A stretch of DNA of 64,000 nt from NCBI GenBank assembly GCA_041687695.1, contig JAWLBL010000016.1, positions 8,622-72,621 on the forward strand, written 5' to 3'. Below the pieces are notes generated by a model that saw nothing but the letters and a program-made list of their open reading frames with translations, was not told the DNA's origin and searched no databases. A program made the translations under genes and the position numbers. This stretch comes from Myxococcota bacterium (lineage in GTDB: Bacteria > Myxococcota_A > UBA9042 > PHBI01 > JAWLBL01). Positions 8,654 through 18,900 of this stretch are shown here, one piece after another (position 1 is the first letter of the stretch; each line of letters starts with the position of its first letter).

Positions 8654-10300
8654 TCAGTCGCAGACCGTGCCGAGCTGCAGGCCGTCGACGTAGGTGCCCT
8701 CGAGCGGCGCCGTCGCCGCGTCCACCGAGTCGAACACGAAGCGCAGCTGGATCTGCTGGCCCGCGTAGGCGTCGAGCGGGACCTCGATCGCCTCGAACCG
8801 GTCGCCCGTGACGCCGTTGGTCAGGCTCTTGGACGTCCAGGCCGGCAGCAGGGCCCCGTCGCGCAGGACGAACACCTGCAGGACGTCGTAGTTCTTGGCC
8901 TGACGCGTCACCTTGAACAGATCGAACGTCAGCCGGGTGCTGCCGCCCTTGGGCAGCGTCAGCACGGGGGTCGTCGCCGACGCCTTGACCCGCACGCCCC
9001 TGGCGTAGGTCTGCGGGACCGGGTCGCCCATGTACAGGCTGTAGTTGCCGCTGGTGGCGCGCGTCTTGTCCGGGGTCCAGAAGACGCCGGTCTCGAGGTT
9101 GTCGGTGACGTAGATGCCCTGCAGCTTGCCGGTGTCGAAGTTGGCGATGAGCTGGTCGCCCGCGACGCAGCACTCGCCCGAGCTGGCGCCCTCGTGCTCG
9201 CACAGGCCGGCGTTGCAGGTGTCGGTCGTGCAGGCCTCGCCGTCGTCGCAGTCGGCGTCGCTCAGGCACGCGTCGGGGTTCAGCGTCACCACGCAGGTCG
9301 CGCCCTCGCAGGTGTCGACCGTCGCCGGGTCGCCGTCTTCGCAGTCGGCGTCCGACGTGCAGCAGTCCGCCGGGGCGTCGGGGCCGGCGCAGGGCTCGAG
9401 GACCGGGTCCTCGGGGCCGCACAGGTCGCCGGTGACGCACCCCTCGGGGCTGCAGGCGTCGGCCGTGCACGGGTCGCCGTCGTCGCAGTCGGCGTCCTCG
9501 AGGCAGGCGCCAAGCAGCGGACACGTCGCCTGGACGGCGATGTCGTCGACCCAGACGCCCTCGAAGGCGTTGTTCAGGTGATCCATCGAGTCGAAGGCGA
9601 TGCGGATCTGGATCCGCTGGCCCGCCAGCTCGGTCAGCGACACGTCGACCAGGGCGAAGCTGTCCTTGGCCTCGGCCGGCAGCGACGCCTTGCGCAGCAG
9701 CTCGACGGTCTGGCTCACGGTCTCGCCGTCGAGCACGTCCGCTTCGATCCACACCCGGTCAAAGGTGGCGTTCGGCTCGACCAGCGCCATCAGACGCATG
9801 GTCAGGTGGCTCTCGCGGTCGGCCGGCAGGTCGAGCGGCGGCAGGGTCGCCGTGCCCGACACGCGGGCGCCGGTGTCGTAGCTCATCGACTCGGGGTCGC
9901 CGAAGTACAGGCTGCCCGGCGGGCTCGCGGCGCGGTGGTCCAGCACGTGCCAGCCGGCGCCGCCGACGGGCGCGCTGAGGGTGACCGCGGCCGCCGCGCC
10001 GTCGTCGAAGGCCTCGGAGAAGAGGACCTCGGCCTCGCAGCAGGCGCCGGTCGGGATGGGCAGGGCCACGCAGGCGCCGTCGAGGCAGCGGTTCTCGGTG
10101 CAGGGGTCGCCGTCCTCGCAGGTGTCCGACGGCGCGCAGACGGCGGGATCGGACGGCAGCCGATCCTCGGCGACCGGGGGGACCGTGAGGGGCGGCCCGT
10201 CGATCGGGGCCTGCTTGAGGGTGGGGTACGAGTCGCCGCAGGCGCCCGTCAGCCCGGTCAGGGCTGCGGCTGCGAGCAGCGTGAGGGGTGAACGTCGCAT
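8654..10300 (-). CDS. Lipoprotein with myxobacterial cysteine-rich repeats
   Basis: Lipoprotein signal MRRSPLTLLAAAALTGLTGAC. Multiple C-x-D-G-D-P-C-T-x-D-x-C units such as DCDDGDPCTADACS and DCEDGDPATVDTCE. Confidence 0.7.
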   Translation of the reverse strand: MRRSPLTLLAAAALTGLTGACGDSYPTLKQAPIDGPPLTVPPVAEDRLPSDPAVCAPSDTCEDGDPCTENRCLDGACVALPIPTGACCEAEVLFSEAFDDGAAAAVTLSAPVGGAGWHVLDHRAASPPGSLYFGDPESMSYDTGARVSGTATLPPLDLPADRESHLTMRLMALVEPNATFDRVWIEADVLDGETVSQTVELLRKASLPAEAKDSFALVDVSLTELAGQRIQIRIAFDSMDHLNNAFEGVWVDDIAVQATCPLLGACLEDADCDDGDPCTADACSPEGCVTGDLCGPEDPVLEPCAGPDAPADCCTSDADCEDGDPATVDTCEGATCVVTLNPDACLSDADCDDGEACTTDTCNAGLCEHEGASSGECCVAGDQLIANFDTGKLQGIYVTDNLETGVFWTPDKTRATSGNYSLYMGDPVPQTYARGVRVKASATTPVLTLPKGGSTRLTFDLFKVTRQAKNYDVLQVFVLRDGALLPAWTSKSLTNGVTGDRFEAIEVPLDAYAGQQIQLRFVFDSVDAATAPLEGTYVDGLQLGTVCD

Positions 10301-10396
10301 GAGGACCCTCGGCGTGGTGAAGACTTCGCGCTGCGACGAAGGCCCGCTCGCGCGCATTCAAAAAAAGGAGCCGATGCGGTAGAACTCGCGCCCGGT

Positions 10397-12307
10397 ATGG
10401 ACCCGTTGGCCCAAGCGCTCTCGCATCACTTCGGTTACTCCGCCTTCCGCGCGGGGCAGCGGCCGGTCATCGAAGGCATCCTCGCAGGGCGGCCCGTGGT
10501 CGCGGTGATGCCCACCGGCCAGGGCAAGTCCCTGTGCTACCAGCTGCCCGCGCTGATGCTCGACGGCGTCACCCTGGTTATCTCTCCGCTCATCGCGTTG
10601 ATGAAGGATCAGGTCGATGCCCTGAGGGCGCGCGGGATCCCGGCGGCCTACGTCAACAGCAGCATGGACCACGGCCAGCAGCGGCAGGTGCTCGAGGACG
10701 CCGCGGCCGGCCACCTCAAGCTGCTGTACCTGTCGCCGGAGCGCTTCCGCTTCGCTGGCGCGATGGCTGCGATCCGGCGCATCCCGGTCAGCCTGTTCGC
10801 CGTCGACGAGGCCCACTGCATGTCGCACTGGGGCCGCGACTTCCGGCCCGACTACGCGAACCTGGGCGCGGTGGTGACGGAGCTGGGGATCCCGCGCGTC
10901 GCGGCCTTCACGGCCACGGCGACGGCGCACGCCCGCGGCGACATCGTCGACACGCTGCGCATGCGCGACCCGCTGGTCATGGTCGCCGGCTTCATGCGCG
11001 ACAACCTGCACCTGACCGTGCTGCCCGTCCGCCGCATGAAGGAGAAGAAGGACCACATGGTGCGCCTGCTGCGCGAGCGGGGCGGCGCCGCGGTGGTCTA
11101 CTGCGCGACGCGCAAGCACTGCGACGAGGTGGCGATCCACCTGCGGGCGAGCCGGCTCGAGCCGATGGTCTACCACGGCGGCCTCGACGACGAGACGCGC
11201 GCCACCACGCAGGACCGGTTCCTGCGCGAGGAGGCGCCGATCATGGTCGCGACCAACGCCTTCGGCATGGGCGTGGACAAGCCGAACGTGCGCGTGGTCG
11301 TGCACTACGACATCCCGGGCAGCGTCGACGCCTACTACCAGGAGGCGGGACGCGCCGGCCGCGACGGCGAGCCGGCGCGCTGCGTGCTGCTGTTCACCTA
11401 CGCCGACACGCGCATCCACGAGTTCTTCATCTCGAACGTCGGGCAGGATCTGCCGGCGCCCGAGCGCGCGGCGCTGATGGCGGCCGAGGAGACCAAGCTC
11501 AAGGCGATGGTGCGCTACGCCTACGAGGAGCGCTGCCGCCACGGGGCCATCCTGCGCTACTTCGGCGAGTCGCTGAGCCTGGACGAGGACGGCTGCGGGG
11601 CGTGCGACAACTGCACGGGCGAGACGGGCGTGCCCGGTCTGCGGCTGTCGGCCGATGCGGGGGCGCGAAAGACCACCGCGTCGGACAAGGGGCCGGCGTC
11701 CGACGAGCCGCGCGGGCCGCTGCGCACGCCGAGCGAGGACGAGGCCGTCATCGTGCAGAAGGTCCTCAGCGCGGTCGCGCGGTCCCAGGGGCGCCTGGCG
11801 CCGACCTCGCTGGCGCAGCTGCTGCGCGGGCACGCCACGATGCTGCAGGACCCGCTGGCCACCTCGAAGAGCTTCGGCCTGCTGGCGTCGATGGGGCAGA
11901 CGCAGCTGACGACGCTCATCCGGGCGCTGGGGCGCGCGGGCTGCACGACCGGCCGGCGCCCCGAGCTGACGCCGCTGGGCACCGAGGTGATGTGGCGGCG
12001 CAAGGACGTCATGCTGGACCTGCCGCCGTTCTCCGAGGGCGCCGCTCCGGCGCCGGCCGGCGCGAGCCTCGTCGACCCGGACGCCAAGGCGCTGTTCGAC
12101 CGCCTGCGCGAGGCGCGGCAGGCCGCCGCGTCCGAGCGCGGCGTCCCCGCCTACGTCATCGCCAGCAACAAGGTGCTCGAGGCGCTCTCGGTCGAGCGGC
12201 CGCAGGGCGACCGCCACGCGTGGCTGACCATCAAGGGCGTCGGGCCCAACAACGTCGACGGCCTGCGCGAGGTGTTCCTGCCGGTCCTCGAGGCCTCAGC
12301 CGAGTAG
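10397..12307 (+). CDS. recQ: ATP-dependent DNA helicase RecQ
   Basis: FRAGQRPVIEGILAGRPVVAVMPTGQGKSLCYQLPAL, DEAHCMSHWGRDFRP, the zinc-binding Cys cluster and a C-terminal HRDC-like region. Confidence 0.9.
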   Translation: MDPLAQALSHHFGYSAFRAGQRPVIEGILAGRPVVAVMPTGQGKSLCYQLPALMLDGVTLVISPLIALMKDQVDALRARGIPAAYVNSSMDHGQQRQVLEDAAAGHLKLLYLSPERFRFAGAMAAIRRIPVSLFAVDEAHCMSHWGRDFRPDYANLGAVVTELGIPRVAAFTATATAHARGDIVDTLRMRDPLVMVAGFMRDNLHLTVLPVRRMKEKKDHMVRLLRERGGAAVVYCATRKHCDEVAIHLRASRLEPMVYHGGLDDETRATTQDRFLREEAPIMVATNAFGMGVDKPNVRVVVHYDIPGSVDAYYQEAGRAGRDGEPARCVLLFTYADTRIHEFFISNVGQDLPAPERAALMAAEETKLKAMVRYAYEERCRHGAILRYFGESLSLDEDGCGACDNCTGETGVPGLRLSADAGARKTTASDKGPASDEPRGPLRTPSEDEAVIVQKVLSAVARSQGRLAPTSLAQLLRGHATMLQDPLATSKSFGLLASMGQTQLTTLIRALGRAGCTTGRRPELTPLGTEVMWRRKDVMLDLPPFSEGAAPAPAGASLVDPDAKALFDRLREARQAAASERGVPAYVIASNKVLEALSVERPQGDRHAWLTIKGVGPNNVDGLREVFLPVLEASAE

Positions 12308-13666
12308 GCTCCTGAGGCGGTCGATGACGGCCGGATGGGCGCGCGCCTTGAAGACGACGCCGTCCTCCTCGTAGCGCTCCTCGACGACCTCGCAGGCGGC
12401 GAAGATCTCGCCGCGCAGCTTCTGCTTGTCGTAGGGGACGAGCAGGTCGGCCTCGGCGAAGCCGCGCGAGAAGAAGGCCAGGAAGGCCGCGCGCAGCCGC
12501 TCGACGTCGCCCGGTCGCATCGCGCTGAGGACCAGGCAGCCGGGCCAGGTCTGGGCCAGCTCGGCCTCGCGCGCGGCCTGGGCCTCGTCGTCGCCGACCT
12601 TGTCGAGCTTGTTGAACACCAGCAGGCGCGGCACCTCGCCGGCGCCGATCTCGGCCAGCACCTCCTCGGTGACCTCGAGCTGCCGTCGGAAGTTCGGGTC
12701 CGAGGCGTCGACGACGTGGCACAGCAGCGAGGCCTCGAGCGCCTCCTCGAGCGTGCTCTTGAAGCTCTCGACCAGCCCGTGCGGCAGGTTCTTGATGAAG
12801 CCGACCGTGTCGGAGACCAGCACGCGCGGGACCGACTCGGGGACCAGGGTGCGGACGGTGGTGTCGAGGGTCGCGAAGAGCTTGTCGGCGACGTAGACCT
12901 CGCTGCCGGTGAGCGCGCGCATCAGGGTCGACTTGCCAGCGTTGGTGTAGCCGACCAGGGCGACGCGGTTGACGCGCGCGATGGCCGAGCTGTCCGAGCG
13001 GCGCGCGCGCCGGACGCGGCGCTCGGCCTCGAGGCGGGCCAGCTCGGTGCCCAGCTCGGCGATGCGGTCGCGGATCTTGCGGCGGTCGAGCTCGAGGCCC
13101 GACTCGCCGGCGCCCTTGCCGCCGACGCCGCCGCGCACCCGGTCGCGCCCCCGCGGCGACTCGCGCAGGCGCGGCGCCATGTACTGCAGCCGCACCATCT
13201 CGACCTGGGCCTTGGCGGCCGGCGAGTGGGCGTGCCGGTGGAAGATCTCGAGGATGACCCCGGTGCGATCGAGGACGTCGCAGCCGGTCTCCTTCTCGAG
13301 GTTGCGCGTCTGGGACGGCGAGATCTCATGGTCGACCAGGACCATCTCGGCCAGCGGCTCGCGGCGCGACACCGGCGGGTCGCCCTCGGCGGGCTCGGCC
13401 TCGGCGGGCTCACCCTCGACGCGCTCCTCGGGAGGCACCCAGCCGACGGCGTCCTTCAGCTCGTCGCGCTTGCCCTTGCCCAGGTAGGCCGCCGCGTCGA
13501 ACGACGACCGCTTCTGCGTCACCGTCCCGACCACGACGATGCCCAGCGTCTTGGCGAGCTGCCGCAGCTCGCTCACCGAGCTCTCGAACGCCTCGTCGCT
13601 GACGCCCGGCAGCTGCACGGCGGCCACGACGGCCCGGCGCGGGCCCTCTCCACCCAACTCGATCAT
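12296..13666 (-). CDS. hflX: GTPase HflX
   Basis: N-terminal HflX domain then G-domain motifs VALVGYTNAGKSTL, DTVGF and NKLD. Confidence 0.9.
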   Translation of the reverse strand: MIELGGEGPRRAVVAAVQLPGVSDEAFESSVSELRQLAKTLGIVVVGTVTQKRSSFDAAAYLGKGKRDELKDAVGWVPPEERVEGEPAEAEPAEGDPPVSRREPLAEMVLVDHEISPSQTRNLEKETGCDVLDRTGVILEIFHRHAHSPAAKAQVEMVRLQYMAPRLRESPRGRDRVRGGVGGKGAGESGLELDRRKIRDRIAELGTELARLEAERRVRRARRSDSSAIARVNRVALVGYTNAGKSTLMRALTGSEVYVADKLFATLDTTVRTLVPESVPRVLVSDTVGFIKNLPHGLVESFKSTLEEALEASLLCHVVDASDPNFRRQLEVTEEVLAEIGAGEVPRLLVFNKLDKVGDDEAQAAREAELAQTWPGCLVLSAMRPGDVERLRAAFLAFFSRGFAEADLLVPYDKQKLRGEIFAACEVVEERYEEDGVVFKARAHPAVIDRLRSLLG

Positions 13667-13708
13667 CTCGGGGACCCCTGGTGTGCGGTCGATCGCGGTC
13701 GATCGCGG

Positions 13709-15178
13709 TCAGTCGCGCGACGCGGCCTTCTGTTCGGCGAGGCGCTTCTTCAAGGCGCCCAGAACGCCGAAGGTCTTGCCGATCTTTCCGGGCCCGCGCG
13801 CGGCCAACCAGTCCAGCGTCGTCCGGGCCAGCGAGACCGCCGACGCGGTGTTCGGGAACCACCACGCCTCGGGCGCCCGCGCGCCGTCGAACAGCACGAA
13901 CTTGGGCTGCACCATCTCGAGGATGGCCAGGTGCGAGTTCGTCACCCCGTGGCCGGACTCGCGGCGGCCCGACCAGGGCGCGAACGGCATGCTGGCCGTC
14001 ATGGCGCAGTTGTTGACCGTCACCACGCCCACGTTGGCTCGCTCGGCGATGGTCCTCGCGCGCGGCTCGTCCTGCGTCCACACGCTGAGCGTCAGGCCGT
14101 AGCGGCTGCGGTTCGCACGCTGGAGGCCGTCCTCGTAGCTGTCGACCGGGACGACCGGGCAGAGCGGTCCGAAGGTCTCTTCGGTCATGACCAGCGCGTC
14201 CTCGGGCACGTCGGTCAGGACGACCGCGCCCGGGTAGTCGCCGTGCAGCTTGGCGCCGCGGGCCCGGGCGTCATCGAGGTGGCGGCGCACGACGGCGTCC
14301 TGGGCCTCGGTGGCGACCGGGGCGACCGACAGGCGGCCGGCGGCCTGCACGAGGCGCTGGACGAAGGCGTCGTAGATGGGCCGCTCGACGTAGACGCGCT
14401 CGACCGAGGCGCAGTTCTGGCCGCTGTTGCCCATCGCGCCCCACAGGACGCCCTGGACCGTGCGCTCGAGGTCGCAGTCCTTGAGGACCAGGGCCGCGTC
14501 CTTGCCGCCGAGCTCGAGGCTGACGGTCTTGAGCTGCTCGGCGCAGCGGACGGCGACCTTGCGCCCGGTGGCGACGCTGCCCGTGAAGACGACGTGGTCC
14601 GCGTGGTCGACGACCGCCTGGCCGGCCTCGGCCGCGCCCTGGATGACGGTCACCAGGCCGCCGGGCAGGACGCGCGTGAACAGCTCGGCGACCAGGGCGC
14701 CGGTGCGCGGCGTGACCTCGCTGGGCTTGAACAGGACGGCGTTGCCGGCGACCAGGGCCGGCACCAGCGTGCGCAGGGGCAGGGCGGCCGGGTAGTTCCA
14801 CGGGCTGATGAGTCCGATGATGCCGCGGGGCTCGAAGTGCAGCGTGCCGCGCTTGTCGGGGAACTTCAGCGACGAGATGGGCGCCTTGCGCGGGCGGATG
14901 GCGTCGAGGCCGGGGCCGGTCCAGTGGGCGAAGAGCTCGAGGTTGGGGACGACGTCGGCGAACCAGGCGTCGACCGGGTCCTTGCGCGTCTCCTCGCAGA
15001 CGACGCGGGCCAGCTCCTCGGCGCGGGCGGCCAGCTGGTCGCCGACCCTGCGGACGAGGGCGGCGCGCTCGGCCAGGGGCGTGCGGGCCCAGCTCAGCTG
15101 AGCGGCGCGCATGGCGGCGACGGTGCCGGACAGGTCCTGGGTGGCGGGGGAGGCGGAGGCGGGGGCCGAGGCGCTCAA
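13709..15178 (-). CDS. Aldehyde dehydrogenase family protein
   Basis: ALDH signatures FTGSVATG, ELGGKD and the catalytic Cys in GQNCAS. Confidence 0.85.
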   Translation of the reverse strand: MSASAPASASPATQDLSGTVAAMRAAQLSWARTPLAERAALVRRVGDQLAARAEELARVVCEETRKDPVDAWFADVVPNLELFAHWTGPGLDAIRPRKAPISSLKFPDKRGTLHFEPRGIIGLISPWNYPAALPLRTLVPALVAGNAVLFKPSEVTPRTGALVAELFTRVLPGGLVTVIQGAAEAGQAVVDHADHVVFTGSVATGRKVAVRCAEQLKTVSLELGGKDAALVLKDCDLERTVQGVLWGAMGNSGQNCASVERVYVERPIYDAFVQRLVQAAGRLSVAPVATEAQDAVVRRHLDDARARGAKLHGDYPGAVVLTDVPEDALVMTEETFGPLCPVVPVDSYEDGLQRANRSRYGLTLSVWTQDEPRARTIAERANVGVVTVNNCAMTASMPFAPWSGRRESGHGVTNSHLAILEMVQPKFVLFDGARAPEAWWFPNTASAVSLARTTLDWLAARGPGKIGKTFGVLGALKKRLAEQKAASRD

Positions 15179-15795
15179 GACGCGGGTTCCTCGCGGCGCA
15201 TGATGCCGTGCAGCAGGATCTTGGCCATCTCCCCGGCGAGCTGCTCGTCGGTGAGGCCCAGCTCCTTGGACAGGGACTTCTGGAGCATGATCTCCTCGAG
15301 GTAGTAGTGCAGGTAGACGTCCATGATGCAGCGCATGATCACCGCGGGGTGGACGTCGACCAGCTCGCCGGCCTCGCGGCGGCGGGCGAGGAGCTGCTCG
15401 CTCGAGGCCGCGAAGCTGTCGCGGAACGCCTTGATGACGGGCGTGACGTTGCGGCCCTGGAACTCGAGGATGTCGATGTAGACCAGCTTGAAGTAGTCGC
15501 GGTGGGTGCGGACCGACTCGAAGACCGCGGCGCCGACCTGGGCCAGGTTCTCGGGGAACTCGGGCGAGCGGAACAGGGCGACCACCCGCGCGATATCGCC
15601 CGCGAGCTGGCTGCTCGACAGGAGCGCCTGGTAGATCTCTTCCTTCGAAGCGAAGTGGTGATAGATGCCGCCCATGGAGACCTGAGCCTTCTGGGCGATG
15701 TCGCGCAGGTTCGACCCGTTGTAGCCCTGGGTCAGAAACAGCTCGCGGGCGGCATCGAGGATTCGCTCCTGGATCGAACGGGCCTCTTCCGACAT
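15175..15795 (-). CDS. TetR/AcrR family transcriptional regulator
   Basis: The TetR HTH reads IQERILDAARELFLTQGYNGSNLRDIAQKAQVSMGGIYHHFASKEE. Its stop overlaps the ALDH start by 4 nt. Start taken at the internal Met MSEEAR. Confidence 0.8.
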   Translation of the reverse strand: MSEEARSIQERILDAARELFLTQGYNGSNLRDIAQKAQVSMGGIYHHFASKEEIYQALLSSSQLAGDIARVVALFRSPEFPENLAQVGAAVFESVRTHRDYFKLVYIDILEFQGRNVTPVIKAFRDSFAASSEQLLARRREAGELVDVHPAVIMRCIMDVYLHYYLEEIMLQKSLSKELGLTDEQLAGEMAKILLHGIMRREEPAS

Positions 15796-15977
15796 GGCGG
15801 GCACTATACGCTCAGTCGGGACGGCACCGTCAACACAGTCCGCTTGCGCTCGCCGGACCCCGACCCGCCGCCCCCGCCTTGCCCTGGCCGGTGGGCGCTC
15901 GCTATCGTGGACCCCGCGCCTGGACGCCCCCGCCCTCCACGCTCCGCACGCGTGGCGGACCTCCGAGGTCACCCCCG

Positions 15978-18900
15978 ATGCATCGTCTGCCCCTCGGCAC
16001 CGTCGCCCTGGCCGCGATCCTGCTCGCCGCCTGCCCCGAGCTGCCCCGCACCGTGGACCGCGACGTCCTCGTGCCCGACGACGCGGACGCCTTCGTCCCG
16101 CTGGCGCTCGACCGCGTCTACGAGACCTCGGGCGAGCCGACCGGCGGCCTGCGCGTGTCCCTGTTCGGCCAGGGCTTCACCCCCGGCGCCCAGGTCGCCT
16201 TCGGGGACGCCACCGCGACGGGCGTGCTGGTCCTGGACGAGGGCCAGATCAACTGCAACGTCCCGCCCCACGCGCCGGGGCTGGTCGACGTGACCGTCCG
16301 CCTGCACGACGGGCAGGAGCAGACGCTGCGCGACGCCTTCCTGTACCGTGGCCCGCTGGCCCTGACGTCGGTCGACCCGACCATCGATCGCGTGGTCGGC
16401 GGGGCCGAGGTGACCGTGCGGGGCGACCACTTCGACGACGCGACGCGCGTGCTGATCGGCGGCCGGCTGCTCGAGGGGATGAAGCGCGTCGACGCGCAGA
16501 CCATCACCGGGCGGGCGCCGGCGCGGCTGCAGGGGCGCGGCGGGTGGGTCGAGGTCATCGCGACCAACGGCTTCGAGCAGCGGGTGCTCGATCGGGCCTT
16601 CCGGTACGTCGACGCGCTCGAGGTCGACTGGATCAGCCCGGCCGCGGGCAGCACCGAGGGCGGCGCGGTGGTGACCCTGTACGGCGCGGGGCTCGAGCCC
16701 GAGACGGTCGTCAGCATCGGCGGCGTCGTGGCCGAGACCGTGGCGCCGGGGCGCGGCAACGCGATCACGGTGCGCGCGGCGCCCGGCGAGCCCGGCGCGG
16801 CCGACATCGTCATCGACAACGGCCAGCAGACGCTGCAGCTGAGCGACGCCTTCCACTACGGGGCGCCGCAGGAGGGGGAGCTGGTCCTGGGGCACGCCTG
16901 GCCGCGCGAGGTGGCGACCACGGGCGCGACGCAGGTCTCGCTGGCGGTCTACGGGCTGCCGGCCGAGGCGCCGGCGCAGGGGCTACAGGTCACGGTCGGC
17001 AACGCGCCGGCGACCATCCTGCAGGTCGAGGCCAGCGAGCACCTGGTGGTGGTCGCCGTCCCCGAGGGGGCCGAGGGGCCGGCGACGCTGACGGTGAGCC
17101 GAGACGGGCAGACCACGTCGCGCAGCGATCTGCTGACCTACGTGACCCCGCTCACGGCGACGTCGGTGAGCCCGCAGCACGGCCCGGCGGCCGGCGGCAA
17201 CGAGATCACGCTGACCGGCAGCGGCTTCGGCGCCGGGACCGAGGTGCGCTTCGGCGGGGCGCTGGCCAAGGAGGTCGAGGTCGAGAGCGCGACGCGGCTG
17301 ACCGTGAAGGTGCCGCGGGGCGTGCCCGGCAAGGTGGACGTGCGGGTCACCCGGGGCGGCAAGGCGACGACCCTGCGAGGCGGGTATGGCTACCGCGACG
17401 GCGAGCCGACGCTGCTGGCGGTCGCGCCGCCGGTGGGGGCGCAGTCGGGCGGGCGCATCGTGCGCCTGCACGGCTCCGGGTTCTTGCTGTCGGACGCGCC
17501 CGAGGTGACCTTCGGGCGCGCGGCGGCCGCCGGGGTCGAGGTCGTCGACGACGCGACCATCCGGGTGCGCGCGCCGCGGGGCGAGCTGGGCGCCGTCAAC
17601 GTGCGCACGGACGCGGGCGGCCTGATGGCCATGAGCTACGGCTACTACGACCCGACGGCCCACTACGGCGGCACCTCGGGCGGCCCCATCCCCGAGGCGA
17701 TCAACGTCACCGTGCTCAGCGCGGCGTCGCGCGAGCCGGTCGAGGAGGCCTTCGTCATCTTCTGGGACGACATCGGCACGCCGTTCCAGGGCGTGACCGA
17801 CGATCGCGGGCAGATCACCTTCTCGACCGAGGGCTTCGGGCCGCCGGCCATGATCACCGCCGGCAAGGACGAGTACACGACGGCCAGCACGGTCGACTTC
17901 GACGCGCGCGACGTGACGCTGTTCCTCATCCACCTGCGCCCGTCCAGCCCGGGCGGCGGCGGTGGGGGCGGCGGACCGACACCGCTGCCGCAGGGGCGCG
18001 TCGCGGGGCAGGTCTCGGGTCTGGACAAGTACATCGTCCTGCCGCCCGGCCAGTGCGACAACAAGCCGCTGGGCGCGCCGGGCTCGCTGTGCCGGGCGTG
18101 CAACACCGACGCGGACTGCACGGGGGCGGGCGCGCGCTGCATCGCGCTGGGCGAGCAGGGCTCGCGTTGCACGACGGCCTGCACGACGGACAGCGACTGC
18201 CCGGGCGGCTACTCGTGCGTCGGCGTGGGCTTCGGGGCGGTCCAGTGCGTGCCCTCGCCGGGCAAGCGCACGGCCTGGTGCGGCACCACGGCCCCGGACA
18301 TCTTCTCCGAAACGGCCATCCAGCCGGTCGGGACCTTCGCCGACGAGCTGAAGCTGTTCGAGTTCACGACCCCGCCGGGCGAGCGGGCCATCGTCTGCCT
18401 GGGCGGCTATCAAGAGGAAGGGCAGGCCTTCGTCCCGCTGATGATGGGCGTGCGGCGCCACGTCTTCGCGCAGCCGGGCGATCTGGTCGCGCAGCAGGAC
18501 GTCAAGCTGGACATCCCGCTGACGCGGACGCTGCGCGTGCGGCTGGACGACGCGCCGCTGGGCGAGGGCGAGGCCAACGTGCACGAGGTCGACGTGTTCC
18601 TGGACCTCGGCTCGGACGGCGTCTTCCACATGCCTTCGCGCGGGCAGGGCGTCGACGTCAACGAGTTCGAGCTGAAGCGGTTCCCCGAGCGGTTCGACGA
18701 GAGCCTGTACGACGCGACCTACACGCTGTACGCCTCGGCGCGCACCCAGGCCGCCATCGATCAGATGAGCGGCGAGGGCAGCTTCGTGATGCTGACCGAG
18801 GTGACCGAGGTCGACGACGACACGCTGTTCGAGGTGCTGCCGCAGGGCGCCAAGCACACCCAGACGGGCATCGACGTGGCGGTGCACGCGATGCACGGCG

